DNA of 64,000 nt from Octopus vulgaris (Eukaryota): assembly GCA_951406725.2 (NCBI GenBank), contig OX597831.1, forward strand, positions 21,638,001 through 21,702,000, in the 5' to 3' direction. This document shows positions 1-13,654 of this stretch, in pieces. A program made the translations under genes and the position numbers. The notes under the pieces are model-generated. The model did not search any database. It was not told where the DNA came from and saw only the letters and a list, made by a program, of their open reading frames with translations. The stretch's first letter is position 1; the number at the start of each line of letters is the position of its first letter.

Positions 1-99
1 ATATCTGTCTGTCTGTCTATCTATATATTTATCTGTCTTTCTGTTGCTGTATATTTGTATATAATTATCTATGTGTATATATTTTGCTCCTTCTCTATA

Positions 100-118
100 A
101 ACACACACACATATATAT

Positions 119-216
<98 letters not shown>

Positions 217-547
217 TCATGCGCACACAATCACTCACACTCATACAAACACGCATACTCACATTTACACGCAAAAACACACACGTCCCTAGGTATAGGA
301 GTCTGTCAATTCGATTCTTTCTCTTACCTCCTTCTCCCTCTAGGTACATAAATAAATTACTTATATGTATTCATAAATATACATATACCATAGGCGTATG
401 TGGTTTCACCTCTTATATACATGTGCGCACACACACATACACACACACATACAGACATATCTATATATAATATAAATAATATATATATATGCATATATAG
501 ACTCACATGTGTACATACATACATACATACATACATACATACATACA

Positions 548-580
<33 letters not shown>

Positions 581-590
581 GTGTATATAG
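100..590. repeat. (TA)n, (TATG)n and (TACA)n microsatellite cluster
   Basis: Direct reading; explains the IY/YI/VCMY-type ORFs. Confidence 0.95.
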
Positions 591-1233
591 TTATCCACAT
601 ATCGGTACAGGACATCACAAAAAACGTAAATAAACATGAAATACGAAAATAACGTTGGGTACGCAAAAAACGAAAGAAACGAATGGAAAACAAGGCAAGT
701 AACATAGAAAAAGCGATCCTTCATCAGTTGTTGGCTGTCCTCTACTCCTTATTTCGAGCATTCAAACAACATAATAAGACTTTTGAAGGCAGTTGCTCCC
801 GCGAACCGAAATAAAATATTTGTGGCGGATCAAAGTTAGTAACAAAAACAGGACATTCAACGAATCAAAGGAAAAGAATACAAATGGCCATTAGACACAG
901 ACGAGGTAAACATGAAGAACGCCTGAAGAAGATTCTTTGATAAGAGAAAAGGAAGGAGACAGATACAAATGTATCCGGACTGCGCATGGGATTGAAGGAA
1001 AAGAAAGAAGATCACGTGAGGGAAGGAAGGATGGACGATGGTCACTTGTGAGCGACGAGAGATAGAGTAAAGGAGGAAGAAGGAGAAAGAGGGACAGACA
1101 GATAAAATCGGTCAAAGGGAGAAAAAACAAACGAAAGGGAGAGTGGCAGAGAGAAGGGATCTATATATATATACATACACTCATGCACATCATCATCATC
1201 ATCATCATCATTATCATCATTATCATCATCATC

Positions 1234-1405
1234 ATCATCATCATCATCATTATCATCACCATCATCATGACCACCACCACCACCATCATCATCATCATTA
1301 TCATCACCATCGTTATTATTATATACGGATTTCCTTTCAGTATTACTTGCATTATATTTGGGAACCGTAGCTTTCCAAAGATGATAAGTATCTCTGTAAA
1401 ATACT

Positions 1406-1457
<52 letters not shown>

Positions 1458-1691
1458 GTATTGGTATACAGAAGATCCAAGGTGGTAGGTAAGGCTATGT
1501 AATTGTTATCATCATCATCATCATCATCATCATCATTATCATCACCATCATCATGACCACCACCACCACCATCATCATCATCATTATCATCACCATCGTT
1601 ATTATTATATACGGATTTCCTTTCAGTATTACTTGCATTATATTTGGGAACCGTAGCTTTCCAAAGATGATAAGTATCTCTGTAAAATACT

Positions 1692-1731
<40 letters not shown>

Positions 1732-1782
1732 GTATTGGTATACAGAAGATCCAAGGTGGTAGGTAAGGCTATGTAATTGTTA
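1234..1782 (+). repeat. ~274-bp direct tandem duplication
   Basis: (CAT)n...atacggatttcctttcag...ggtaaggctatgtaattgtta occurs twice (ending 1508 and 1782), differing mainly in (TA)n length. Confidence 0.9.
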
Positions 1783-1910
1783 TGTAGGGAATATAGAACT
1801 TTCGGTTCGATAATAAAACCAGTGAGGTGTCTATTGTTGGTCTTGTATGTGCATGTATATGACTGATAAAATGAGACAACAAAGCCACGACTGTGTAAAA
1901 CACAGAGTTA

Positions 1911-1958
1911 GTCTGACAGCTGTTTGGCGGATATTAGAGATATCCCTTCATTAGAGAC
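1911..1958 (-). ncRNA. Degenerate minimal type-I hammerhead ribozyme (same family as 15626-15673)
   Basis: Minus strand: GTCT CTAATGA A GGGATAT CTCTA ATATCCG C CAAA CAGCTG TC AGAC. Stem I GTCT/AGAC is intact; both core boxes carry substitutions. Confidence 0.7.
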
Positions 1959-2435
1959 GATGTGAGATGGTTAAGTAGAGGAGTTTAATATGTGGAGTTG
2001 TTTTGGAAAGGGTGGAAATAACAGGTTTAAAGGGAAATATGAGAATAAAAGTAAAATAAAAATATATGCACGATGTTATAGCTACAGATCCATTATCCAA
2101 GGAAAGTGGTGTGCAGAAGTGTTAGAAGTGATTCTTGGCAATGGTGTTCCGATAGGTGTTCATATTTTGTCATTGCAAATGGAAATTGTGGAGGCGTAGA
2201 TTCCGTGTCTTGTTCATTCAAATAGGTCATGAGGTGTGAACGAAATTTTGAGAATGTAGTGGTAGTATTAAGGAGATAGAAGGGAAAAAATGTGCATGTT
2301 AAAATGAAGAGAATGGTCAAAAGAAATAGGTGAGGAAAGAAGGAGGACGCGAAAATGAAAAAAGCCACAAAGCTTTTTTGAGTATTTCTCGACACTTACT
2401 TCTCGCGAAGCTGATCCTTTCTTGTACCCTAATTG

Positions 2436-2471
<36 letters not shown>

Positions 2472-2476
2472 ATGTG

Positions 2477-2530
<54 letters not shown>

Positions 2531-2582
2531 ATGTGTATGTATGTATGTATATATAATCAAAATAAGCAGCAGGCTATCAAGT

Positions 2583-2660
2583 ATTTCTGCAGTACGAACG
2601 TTTCAAGCAACTCCATTTAATTGAACAATGCAATGAAGTGCCATCTTCAGCTGCACAAAT
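2583..2660 (-). ncRNA. Type-I hammerhead ribozyme with long stem II
   Basis: Minus strand: TGCAG CTGAAGA TG GCACTTCATT...AATGGAGTTGC TT GAAA CGTTCG TA CTGCA. Stem I TGCAG/CTGCA, intact core, GUA cleavage triplet. Confidence 0.75.
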
Positions 2661-2805
2661 GAATAAATGGAATTTTAACAACTAGAACACATTAACATAA
2701 TTTTTCTTAAATATTTTAACAGAGCAAGAAGATGGAAGAAATTCATGTTGTCGCTATTGTAGCCAAGTATAGATTACAGCTTCTAAGAATTGCATGGAGC
2801 GCAGT

Positions 2806-3120
2806 GGGGCTTCTACTATGTTCTCGGCCCGACCAAAGCCTTGTCATTGGATTTGGTAGACAGAAAATGAAACACATCGTATATGTATATGTATATATGT
2901 GTGTGTCCTTGTGTATGTTTTTCTGTCGGTGTTTCTCCCTCCATCACCGCTCGACAACCTGTGTTGGTATGGTTACGTCCCCGTAACGTCAGCGCTTCGG
3001 CAGAAAACAGAGATAGAATAAATGCTAGGCTTAAAGATTAAGTCGTCTTGTCGATTTATTCGGCTAAAACCCTTCAAAACAGTGCCCCAGCATGGCCGCA
3101 ATTAAATGACTAAAATAAGT
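2806..3120 (+). mobile_element. SINE family A, diverged and 5'-truncated
   Basis: Homologous to the reverse complement of 3141-3521 (ggcccgaccaaagccttg...cagcatggccgca...aatgact). Confidence 0.75.
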
Positions 3121-3140
3121 ATATATATATATATATATAT

Positions 3141-3521
3141 ACTCTTTTACTTGTTTCAGTCATTTGACTGCGGCCATGCTGGAGCACCGCCTTTAATCGG
3201 GCAACTCGACCCCGGGACTTATTCTTTTGTAAGCCCAGTACTGATTCTGTCGGTCTCTTTGGCCGAACCGCTAAGTGACGGAGACATAAACACACCAGCA
3301 TCGGTTGTCAAGCAATGCTAGGGGGACAAACACAGACACACAAACATATACATATATACGACGGACTTCTGTCAGTTTCCGTCTACCTAATCCACTCACA
3401 AGGCTTTGGTCGGCCCGAGGCTATAGTAGAAGACACTTGCCCAAGGTGCCACGCAGTGGGACTGAACCCGGAACCATGTGGTTGGTAGACAAGCGACTTA
3501 CCACACAGCCACTCCTGCGCC
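3141..3521 (-). mobile_element. SINE family A, full-length tRNA-derived SINE
   Basis: Minus strand starts GGCGCAGGAGTGGCTGTGTGGTAAG (A box)...GGTTCAGTCCC (B box), then ccttgggcaagtg, an internal (TA/CA) tract and an (AAGAGT)-like tail. More than 10 copies in the window. Confidence 0.9.
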
Positions 3522-3634
<113 letters not shown>

Positions 3635-4172
3635 GCACACAGACTTATATGCATATAACAATGGCTGGCAAGGATGCCGTCTTTCGTTTTGCAACCATAA
3701 TATACTACTATGAAAATTAAAGATTTATCAGTCGGTACTGCGTCCTACTTTGTGTTACCATTTCATTGTTTTCATTTTCGCGTGTATCTCTAAAGATTTT
3801 CGAGAGTAAATTCCATAGGCAATGGGTGTATATGCACATACACTTACTACGTCTTTTCGATTGAAATGTTTACATAGATGCATTACTATAAAAAACGTCG
3901 TCATTTTCATTGCAGGTTCTAAGTTATATAAAAAATATGTAGAGAAACACTTATTTATATAAACAACTTATTTATATAAATATATTTGTATATACCCACA
4001 CCCACAGCCACTACACAAATATATACATATGTATATAAATGTATATAAATATATGTATATGTATACACTTTTATATATATATACATATATATATACATAC
4101 ATATATGTATATGTATATACTTTTATGTGTGTATATATATATATACGTACATATATATATATTTATCCTTAT

Positions 4173-4203
<31 letters not shown>

Positions 4204-4649
4204 TCCTTATATATCTATATCTATATCTATATATATATATCCTTATATATAAATATATATATATGTATAAATATATATATGTATATAAACATATATATAT
4301 ATATATATAAATATACATATGCATATAATTACATATATATATATATTCATACACACACGTAGACACATATATTTATATATACTTACATACGGCTAATTAT
4401 ATGTACTTAAGCTTACACGTGTGTGTGTTTGTATGTGTGTGTGTGTGTGTCTGTGTGTGTGTGTGTGTGTGTGTCATTTCTTTCATTCTGAAAAGTGTTA
4501 CTGCCTTCATTTCCTCACACTTATTCCCTTTTTTTCTTCTCATTTCTTTATTTTTTTTTCTCTTCCCCTTTCTCATATACTCCAACGCCATTTCATCAAT
4601 TGGGAATCTTGGCACATTCGCCAGCATTATCACGTTTTCTCATCAACAC

Positions 4650-5020
<371 letters not shown>

Positions 5021-5029
5021 TTTTTGCAA

Positions 5030-5392
5030 GGCGGCGAGCTGACAGGATCGTTAGCACGCTGGGCGAAATGTTTAGCGGTATTCTGTCTGCCGCTACGTTC
5101 TGAGTTCAATCCCGCTGATGTCGACTTTGCCTTTCATCCTTTCGGGGTCGATTAAATAAGTACCAGTTACGCACTGGGGTCGGTGTAATCGACTTAATCC
5201 GTTTGTTTGTCCATGTTTGTCCTCTCTGTGTTTAACACCTTGTGGGTAGTAAAGAAATAGGTATTTTGTCTGCCACTACGTTCTGAGTTCAAATTACTCC
5301 CAGGTCGACATTGCTTTTCATCCTTTCGGTCTGATGAAATAAATACCAGTTGATGTGACCGACTAACTCCTTCCTCACAATCGCAGACATTG
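5030..5392 (+). mobile_element. SINE family B, head-to-tail dimer
   Basis: GGCGGCGAGCTG...GTTAGCACG...GAGTTCAA (B-box-like)...gactttgcctttcatcctttcggggtcgat...aagtaccag. The second unit starts after aaagaaatag|gtattt. Confidence 0.85.
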
Positions 5393-5441
5393 TGTAATCT
5401 TTAATTACGTATGTGTATATGTATATGAAATTATATGTATG

Positions 5442-5475
<34 letters not shown>

Positions 5476-5630
5476 TTTACGAAGGTGTCATTAATTCTAT
5501 TATTATCCAATATAACAATTTTAAAGATGATAATAACAGAATCAATGACACTGGCGATAGCAGGCCATATATATACACTAGTAGAAAGGAGTATTATTAC
5601 TATTGTTGTTGTTTTTGGCTTTGTTTGTAA

Positions 5631-5631
<1 letters not shown>

Positions 5632-5664
<33 letters not shown>

Positions 5665-5704
5665 GGTGGTGGTGGTGGTGGTGGTGGTGGTGGTGGTGTT
5701 GGTC

Positions 5705-5736
<32 letters not shown>

Positions 5737-5768
5737 GGTGGTGGTGGTGGTGGTGGTGTTGGTCGTAA

Positions 5769-5801
<33 letters not shown>

Positions 5802-5820
5802 CTATAGTCGCCGTAGTAAT
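5632..5820. repeat. (AGT)n/(GGT)n compound microsatellite with ~60-bp higher-order unit
   Basis: The agt-run/ggt-run/gttggtcgt block is repeated twice. Confidence 0.9.
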
Positions 5821-6020
5821 AGCATCGTTACTCCCTTTTTCTCACTTCTGTCCGCTAATTTTACTGTACAAACACACGATTAATTCGCTTCGTGTTCTAT
5901 GAAACACTGAAATATTTCTCCCTCAGCATTGTCCTAGCCTATCTATCAGTCAACTAATCTAAATATCTATTTACATGAATATCATTCAAATACTTTCTTT
6001 CGCTCAGTCTCTATCTCTCA

Positions 6021-6066
<46 letters not shown>

Positions 6067-6295
6067 CACTACTTTTCTTTTTATTTCGCTCAGTTTTGTC
6101 TTGCATTATTTTCTCGCCATCTACCCTTTCAGTAGATGTCACTTGCTCTCCCCCTCTCCTCTCTTACTCTGTCGGTCTCTGTCACTGTCTGTAGCACTCC
6201 TTTTCTCTCTCTTTCTCTCTCTCTCTCTCTCTTTCTCTACCCGCATCTCTCTCTCACATATATATGCTTGCATATACACACATACTCACACGCAA

Positions 6296-6334
<39 letters not shown>

Positions 6335-6431
6335 TAAATATATATATGTGTGTGTATATATATATAAATACATTGTATGTATATGAATATATATAATATA
6401 TGTGTGTATATATATATATGTATATATATAC

Positions 6432-6550
<119 letters not shown>

Positions 6551-6617
6551 AGAAGAAAAAGATGATGGATATTGAGAAATTTATACTTGTTTATTATTAA
6601 CAGGAAATTAACCATCA

Positions 6618-6703
6618 TCCCTTACAGCTGTTTCAATTAATAGTCAGTATATATTAAGTAAACATTAAATTTATATGTCCTGAGCGTAATATCTTCAGAG
6701 GGA
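6618..6703 (-). ncRNA. Type-I hammerhead ribozyme with very long AT-rich stem II
   Basis: Minus strand: TCCCT CTGAAGA T ATTA..TCAG...CTGA..TAAT T GAAA CAGCTG TA AGGGA. Stem I TCCCT/AGGGA; palindromic stem III CAGCTG. Confidence 0.75.
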
Positions 6704-6864
6704 AAGATATAACTCTCCATGTTTTGCATGTGTTTCATTCCCTCAAAGTAGTAGATACGGAACCAGTATTTCCTTGGATGAAATCATCCCTTCACGAGGT
6801 TAACACAACCTCTCATCGAATTTGATAATTAACTTTTATTTATTGGTCTAGTAATACACACACA

Positions 6865-6955
<91 letters not shown>

Positions 6956-6956
6956 G

Positions 6957-7110
6957 TGGCCATGCTGGGGCACGCATTTTAGTCGAAGAAAACCAGCCCT
7001 GGCCTTATTCTTTGTAAGCCTGGTACTTATTCTAGCGGCCTCTTCTGCCGAACCGCTAAGTTAAGGCGACGAAAACACACCAGCATCAAGCGATGGCGGT
7101 GGAGACAAAT
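6957..7110 (-). mobile_element. SINE family A, partial
   Basis: ggccatgctgg...ttattctttgtaagcctggtacttattc...gccgaaccgctaag matches 3170-3330. Confidence 0.8.
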
Positions 7111-7505
7111 ACAAATACAAATATATTTACACACACACTCACACACATACACACACACACACGCCCGCGCGCGCGCACCCCTCCCCCGCATGTATATATA
7201 TATATATTATAGATTCATGTATGTATGTATGTATGTATGCGGATGTGCAGTGAATCATTGGTTTACAGATGATTTTTCGAACATAATTCTACTCGGATGA
7301 TGGACGGTGTCTTGAATAACGAAGACGGAAGCTGGCAACTCTGATTGCCGACAAGCTGAAAATATTAGTGGGAGACTGTAGTTGCTTTCTAGCTTTCACT
7401 CTGTATGCACCCCTGCTCGCATTCGCCCCGTACCTTCTCTCGAAACTTTTGAGTGACGCATTGCATTCAGAAAGGGAAATTAAATTAGTACACTGTGTGC
7501 ATTAA

Positions 7506-7811
7506 CCCCTTACCCAACAATTATTTTGAAAATAAATGTATTTTTTCAGACATTTTTTAATTGTTTTACTTTACTATGTTTTGAATGGTGATTTCGAGGT
7601 ATATTTCAAACCTTATTTATTATGAATTTTAATTCAATAATATTGATTTTAAATTACGGCATTGGGCAGAAACGAGTTAACCCGTTTTTAGACGAAGGAA
7701 CTCGTTTGCTGTCGATTTTGGCGAGCCTATCTTTTGACGAGTTAACTCGCCAGAGATGGAAAAAAACGATTTCGGTCAAAACGCATATATTCGTTTCTGC
7801 CGGGTAAGGGG
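7506..7811. mobile_element. piggyBac-type MITE
   Basis: TTAA at 7502-7505 and 7812-7815; terminal inverted repeat CCCCTTACCC / GGGTAAGGGG; no coding capacity. Confidence 0.8.
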
Positions 7812-7869
7812 TTAAACCATATTTATCTTTCATATGGTATCGAAGGGAAACAGACACCAAATTGCAATC

Positions 7870-8795
7870 CCTCAAACGAACCACTGGAGAAATTCTTTAG
7901 ATTCAGGCTATATGTCAAAACGTTTCTGATTCTAATCTGTTATTCCAGTCTTCAGAAAGGGAAACAGGTCTCTTGCCCAATCTCATCACCTTCAGTATCA
8001 TCAAAATGCTCGAAAATTTAGTGAGATCAAGGATAACGGGCTCCTGAAGAGCAACAACCTTTCTAAGTTCCAGCCTGCATGGCTTTCGCTGCAGCAGGGA
8101 CTGCCTAACACAGCTTTTACATCGCATCGATGAAGTCCTTAAAGCGTTGAGATCAATTTCGGTTGATTAGAGCGTTGACATCAACAATAAATTCGATATG
8201 GTTCACAGGATTAACTCCTGGATCTTCACTTTCATAACTAGAATACTGCTCCCCATACAAAACAATTACCAAACATTACGATAATTGAGTCACCCTAGAG
8301 AATAATCACTAAAAAATAAAAGGTACGACTGATTTTGATAATTTGGACAGCCTAAAACCATTGGAGTTTTACTCTCTCCAGCGGCTGCTCGATTTGCAAA
8401 TTGCGGAGAATACACCACCAGCATTTCCTAAATGAACTTAACATGAGATTCATAATCTATCCAAGGCTGAGACCACGTGCCATACGCCGCCTACACAGTT
8501 CAAGCTCACATCACATAAATTCACTGGAACACAATTTCTTCTACATTTAACATTATCCCAAAACAAATCAAAGAAAAAATAGATCCCTACACCTTCAAAT
8601 GAAACCTGAACAAATTTCACCACCGGAATACGGATAGGCCACCTATACCTGGATACATCTAAGTAAAAAAATTCCCACTTGAACCGGCCAAGTTACCACA
8701 AAAATTGACTTATTGTAAAATGACATAACAGATCATATCAGGAGTTGACATTTAGTTACACACCACCTGGGCCAATATTTGCCCGTAATACATCT
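7870..8795 (+). mobile_element. CR1-like LINE remnant, internally deleted
   Basis: Fragmented RT peptide IIKMLENLVRSRI..LLKSNNL..HGFRCSRDCLTQLLHRIDEVLKAL; 3' part homologous to the minus-strand copy at 10650-11155. Confidence 0.8.
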
Positions 8796-9059
8796 ACGTT
8801 TTATACACACACACACACACACACACACACAAGCAAAGAGATTCCAAGGAAGCTGGTGTTGGTCTGTGTCAGGAAAATTTATATAATATAATGATATCGA
8901 CACAAAAAGGTCAGTGAACTTGCCATGCAGCAAGTTTATTTTTCTCTTTTGTTATGTATTAAATTATAGAATTTAAAATTCTATTATTATTGCTGTCCGA
9001 AATGTATAATTTCCCATTCTCAAGGGTAATTTCTCTATACAATTGTGAAACATTCAACT

Positions 9060-9114
<55 letters not shown>

Positions 9115-9656
9115 TGCTTATCTGTACATTCTTTCTGAATATACAGAAAATGTTTTTGAATTCACAGGACGCATGGAATTTGTCAATAAGCTATTTAATC
9201 CGTTGTAAATTACGATAAAACTATAAAAATTTGGTAATGCAGCAACAAGAAGATATACAGAAATATATCTAATACATACAAGCACAGTCAAACCGTGTTT
9301 CATTAAAATGGTTGTATGTAGATATACAAACAAAACCTTCAGCAAAAAGACAATTGAATGATATTCAAATTAAACTAATCTTATATTCACTCGCAGCCAC
9401 GAATATGAATAAGTGACAAAATGTAAACATGACGTGGATTGGTATTTGATATCTAATTCCTTCTATTCGTCAGTAGATTTAAAGTACACGAATAAAGTTA
9501 GATTTAACTGAAGCTCAGAGCAATATGTTTTAAATTAGTTATAAGAGTGTCTTTGTTATATTCGTTATCTCTACATTAAAAGCTTAGAGCATTGTAAATT
9601 AATGTCAAGTTACGATAACTGAATAAAAAAAGACACCACTCCAGGTGCATAAAATC

Positions 9657-9697
<41 letters not shown>

Positions 9698-10203
9698 CAT
9701 ATACGCTTTTATAAATAAAAGTGCATTGATCTTCTTGTGTATGTCTATTTATATGGCTCTCTCTTTCTCTTTTTCTCTGTGTGTGTGGGTGTATATGTAT
9801 ATATATATATATGTGTGTGTGTACGTGTGTGTGCATATGTACGTGTTTATGTATGTATAATTACACACAGATATACTCGTGTAAATGTACATATTCATAT
9901 ATAGAATCAGCAGATGTATAGAAACAGTAAAATTTTAAACTTCACATCTCATTATATTATTTAAGAATACAGAGAGAGCACTAGAAGGCAACGGGTTGTC
10001 GGTACAATGACTTCATGCAAGAAGGGAAAGCCGAAGAGTAAATACACCGCATAAAGAAAATGCTCATGTATTAAGGAAAATTCCCACCTCCTCTGCTGCT
10101 GTTGAACTAAACAAAGATACTCTCACACACACACATTGAACAAAAACGAATGCATTTTTCAAAATGTCACTGAACGCATTTCAATAGCGTCTTTTATTAA
10201 CAG

Positions 10204-10283
10204 TTCGAAGTCAATTGCAATGCATTGTTACGTTGTACCGTTAACCACGAGGACTCATTAGCTGATATTCTGCCATTTTGTGG
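10204..10283 (+). CDS. Candidate internal exon (FEVNCNALLRCTVNHEDSLADILPFC), unknown protein
   Basis: Acceptor cttttattaacAG, open frame, donor GG|gtagga whose phase fits the exon at 14152. An alternative stronger donor GTAAGT lies at 10315. Confidence 0.2.
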
Positions 10284-10649
10284 GTAGGATCTGTGAAGGA
10301 AGATATATTGATAAGTAAGTAGAATGAAACGGGCCCTTTTTTCAAAGTAGGGTTGATATATTAAAATGTCCGACCAATCAAACAGTACGAATCCAAAATC
10401 AACTAAATTAATCGATGCGTAAGCTAGAAAGCGTGTGGAAAAGTGTCCACGTTCAGTTCATATCCTGGAATATAGGGCGAAGCGAGATTTTAATGGGCAG
10501 TTAATATCTGTGATAAACTATACTGTTATCTTCAAATGAAGTGGGCCAACCATTCTAAATGACTGGTTGATGAGTGTAACTCCAGGACAAATCAGATCGC
10601 TTTTATTCTTAAAATAATTAATAAGAAATATGACTTTTACCTTTAAGAG

Positions 10650-11155
10650 ACATAAACTTAGATAAACTTAGATGTGTTTCGACCAATGATTGGTCCAGGC
10701 CATGTCTAACTTAATAGCACCACCTGATAGGATTATTTGAATCCTGTTTAAGTCAAGTTTTGCTTATGGTCCATTCAAGTAGTGAGTTTTTGTTGGGTGA
10801 GTTGTATCCAATTATGGGTGGCTTATCTGGTATATCCAGACTCCGTTTAAAGTTTATGGGATCCTGTTCCTCTTTGATCTCTTTCGGGACAATGTTAAAT
10901 AGGGCAGGGCCTGTTGAGGAAAAGAAATTATGTTGTAGTGTATATGTATGCTGTGATCTTGAATTGGGCAGGGGACGTATGGCCCGTAGTCCCAGTCTTG
11001 GATGAACCTTGAAGCTTACGTTCAGGTCGTTTGGGCAAAGTTGGCGGTATATTCTCCACATAGTATAAATGATGTACCGCTCACGGCGACGCTGGAGAGA
11101 GTAGAGTTTCAAGGCTTTAAGGCGATCCCAATAATCGAGAGCAGCCATGCCATGC
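10650..11155 (-). mobile_element. CR1-like LINE 3' end (ORF2 C-terminus, 3' UTR, tail)
   Basis: ORF 10753-11148 LDYWDRLKALKLYSLQRRRERY...FFS..GP.LFN.VP is typical of CR1 ORF2 C-termini; ends in (TCTAAGTTTA)2. Confidence 0.85.
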
Positions 11156-11800
11156 CAAAAAGATTATATATTTAAACACATAAACACTCGCACAAACACA
11201 CAAGTAGACACACACACAAACTCACATACACACACACACACACACGATAAATAATATGTATGCGGACTTCGTAAGAAGTATATGAGAGTAAAGCGAATGA
11301 CTATACCCAACGAAAAATACAACGAATATATAGATAGAATGATGAACTTCTATGCAAGTAGGTATAACATTTGGAGTGTTTGGTGAAAATTGAATTTAAG
11401 ATCTTAAGTTATCTAGAACAATTAAGTGTGAATAATACATAGAACAATTTACAAATGCAAGGTTAAGGAGATATATTAGTGTAAATGGAAAAATGAACAT
11501 AAGTAAACAATAGATTTAGTCAAGAGAAAAGGTCAGTTGTTGAAAAAAGTAAAGGTTAACACTATTCTAGATACAACGGAATAGTATATATAGTATTGTA
11601 CTGTTGTACTGATCAGCTGAATCACTGGAAATACTTTGTAGGTGGTGGGTGGGGTTGAACCTGTCTAGGCAAAGATACACGGAGGTGCTTCTCAGTTAAT
11701 TTGGCAAGATCTATCAACTCTCTTGTGCATTACCATACATATGTACATGCAGAGATACCCGGTGTTGCTCGGGATTGAAATGGCATACTTTGTAAATTTA

Positions 11801-12845
11801 TCATGTCGTCCCATAAGTTTTGTCTGATTTTACCTTTTTTTTAAAAATTGAATGAAATTTAATAGTATTTTAGAATGCTTGAATAAAAGAAATTGCAGAA
11901 GATGGTTTGCAAAATTCAGAAGCGGAGATTTCAGCCTTGAAGATGAAGATCGAACAGGGTGTCCAGTTGAGTTTGATGATAAGCTCCTTGGGGCATTACT
12001 TGAAGAAAATCCTGCATTATCAGTTGAAGAATTAGTTCAAACCATACAACTATTCCTCGTCATCTTCAACAACTTGGAAAGGTTCCTGAACTTGGAAAAT
12101 GCGTGCCTCATGAATTGCCCGAAAGCAACCGTAGAACCCGAGTTGACATCTGCTCTTCTCTCCATTCTTGCGGACTCATTTCACCCGTTTTGGATAGACT
12201 TGTGACAGGTGACGAAAAATAGATCATCTATCGAAATGTTAAACATCATAAACAGTGGCTTGGTAAAAAGGAAAAATAATCTCAACCACAACCGAGAATG
12301 GAACTTCATTGGAAAAAGTTTCTTCTCTGTATCTGGTGAGATTGCAAAGGAGTAATTCATTTTGAATTGTTACCACCTAATGCAACAATCAATGCTCAAG
12401 TCTACTGTCAACAATTAGAGCGTTTGAACCAAGCTAAGAAGAAAAGAGACCTGCTTTAGTGAATCGAAAAGGAGTGATGCGTGACCCCACACTGCACAGA
12501 TCACATCACAGAAGATCGAAGAGCTTGCTTGGGAAAAAATTCCTCATCCATCCTATTCTCCCAACCTTGCTCCTTCAGACTACCATTTCTTTCGGAGGTT
12601 ACAGAATCATTTGAGAGACATAAGTTTGGCAAGCCAGGGGGAGGTCGAAACTGACATTTCAGAGTTCTTCGCTTTAAAATCAAAAGAGTTTTACATTAAT
12701 GGGAATAAAAAAGCTTGTAAATAGATGGAAGGAAGTAATAGATAATCAGAGAAAGTACATTGATGATTAAATTCCAATTAAATATAACGTTTGATCACTT
12801 GTTTTCTTTATTCAAAATTAGGACAGAACTTATGAACGCTAAGGA
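11801..12845 (+). mobile_element. Mariner transposon, degenerate transposase pseudogene
   Basis: RRWFAKFRSGDFSLEDEDRTG, TGDEK and HPSYSPNLAPSDYH motifs across frameshifts; imperfect TIRs cataagttttgtctgatttt / aaaattaggacagaacttatg. Confidence 0.92.
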
Positions 12846-13160
12846 AAATATGCGTAGGATTTTTAACTCGACGGTAAATGGTAACACAAATTCGCTTCCA
12901 TACGACCAGCATCTTTCAACAGGAGAAAAATATGGCGAATAGCACTTCACATTGTAGTGAGAGACATTTGCATTATGTAAGGCCGAGCTCCCAGAAACAG
13001 CTGTCAAATTAAAAATATTATGCTTTCTCTTCTTAATATTCTGTTTTTGTATGCTCCATATAAATGTAAATTTCTCTCTCATTCTCTCTTGCTCTCCCTT
13101 TCCCTCTCCCTATATATATATATATACATATACATATACATACTTTCATACATGAATACT

Positions 13161-13191
<31 letters not shown>

Positions 13192-13533
13192 AAAAATTGA
13201 GTGAAAAGACAACAGAAAACTTATGTTATATGGTTAAAGAATATATATAAATCGTCATATTAGAAAAATGTAATAAAATTTTGTGAGTAGTGACATTGTT
13301 TTTGGAGAAATAGGCAACCATCCAACCATTACGCCAGCGATGCGCTTTCACGTACCAACTCTCTCACCCTCTCTATATATACAACACACACACGCATCTG
13401 TTTACACTTGTGTTTATCTCCTGAATATATTTAGTTATTACTTTCTTCTCGTATCTCTATATATCTATGCGTATCTGAATGTGTGTGTATATATATATAT
13501 ACTAATATACACACACACATAGAAACACACACA

Positions 13534-13589
<56 letters not shown>

Positions 13590-13604
13590 ACATACATACA
13601 TACA

Positions 13605-13654
<50 letters not shown>

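Noticed and set aside
9451-9478. ATCTA-CTGACGA...TAGAT on the minus strand
   Set aside because: Stem I-like pairing but no stem II, GAAA or cleavage triplet.
12960-13010. GAAACAGCTGTC half-hammerhead
   Set aside because: No CUGANGA box or stem II upstream; at best an unrecognisable relic.
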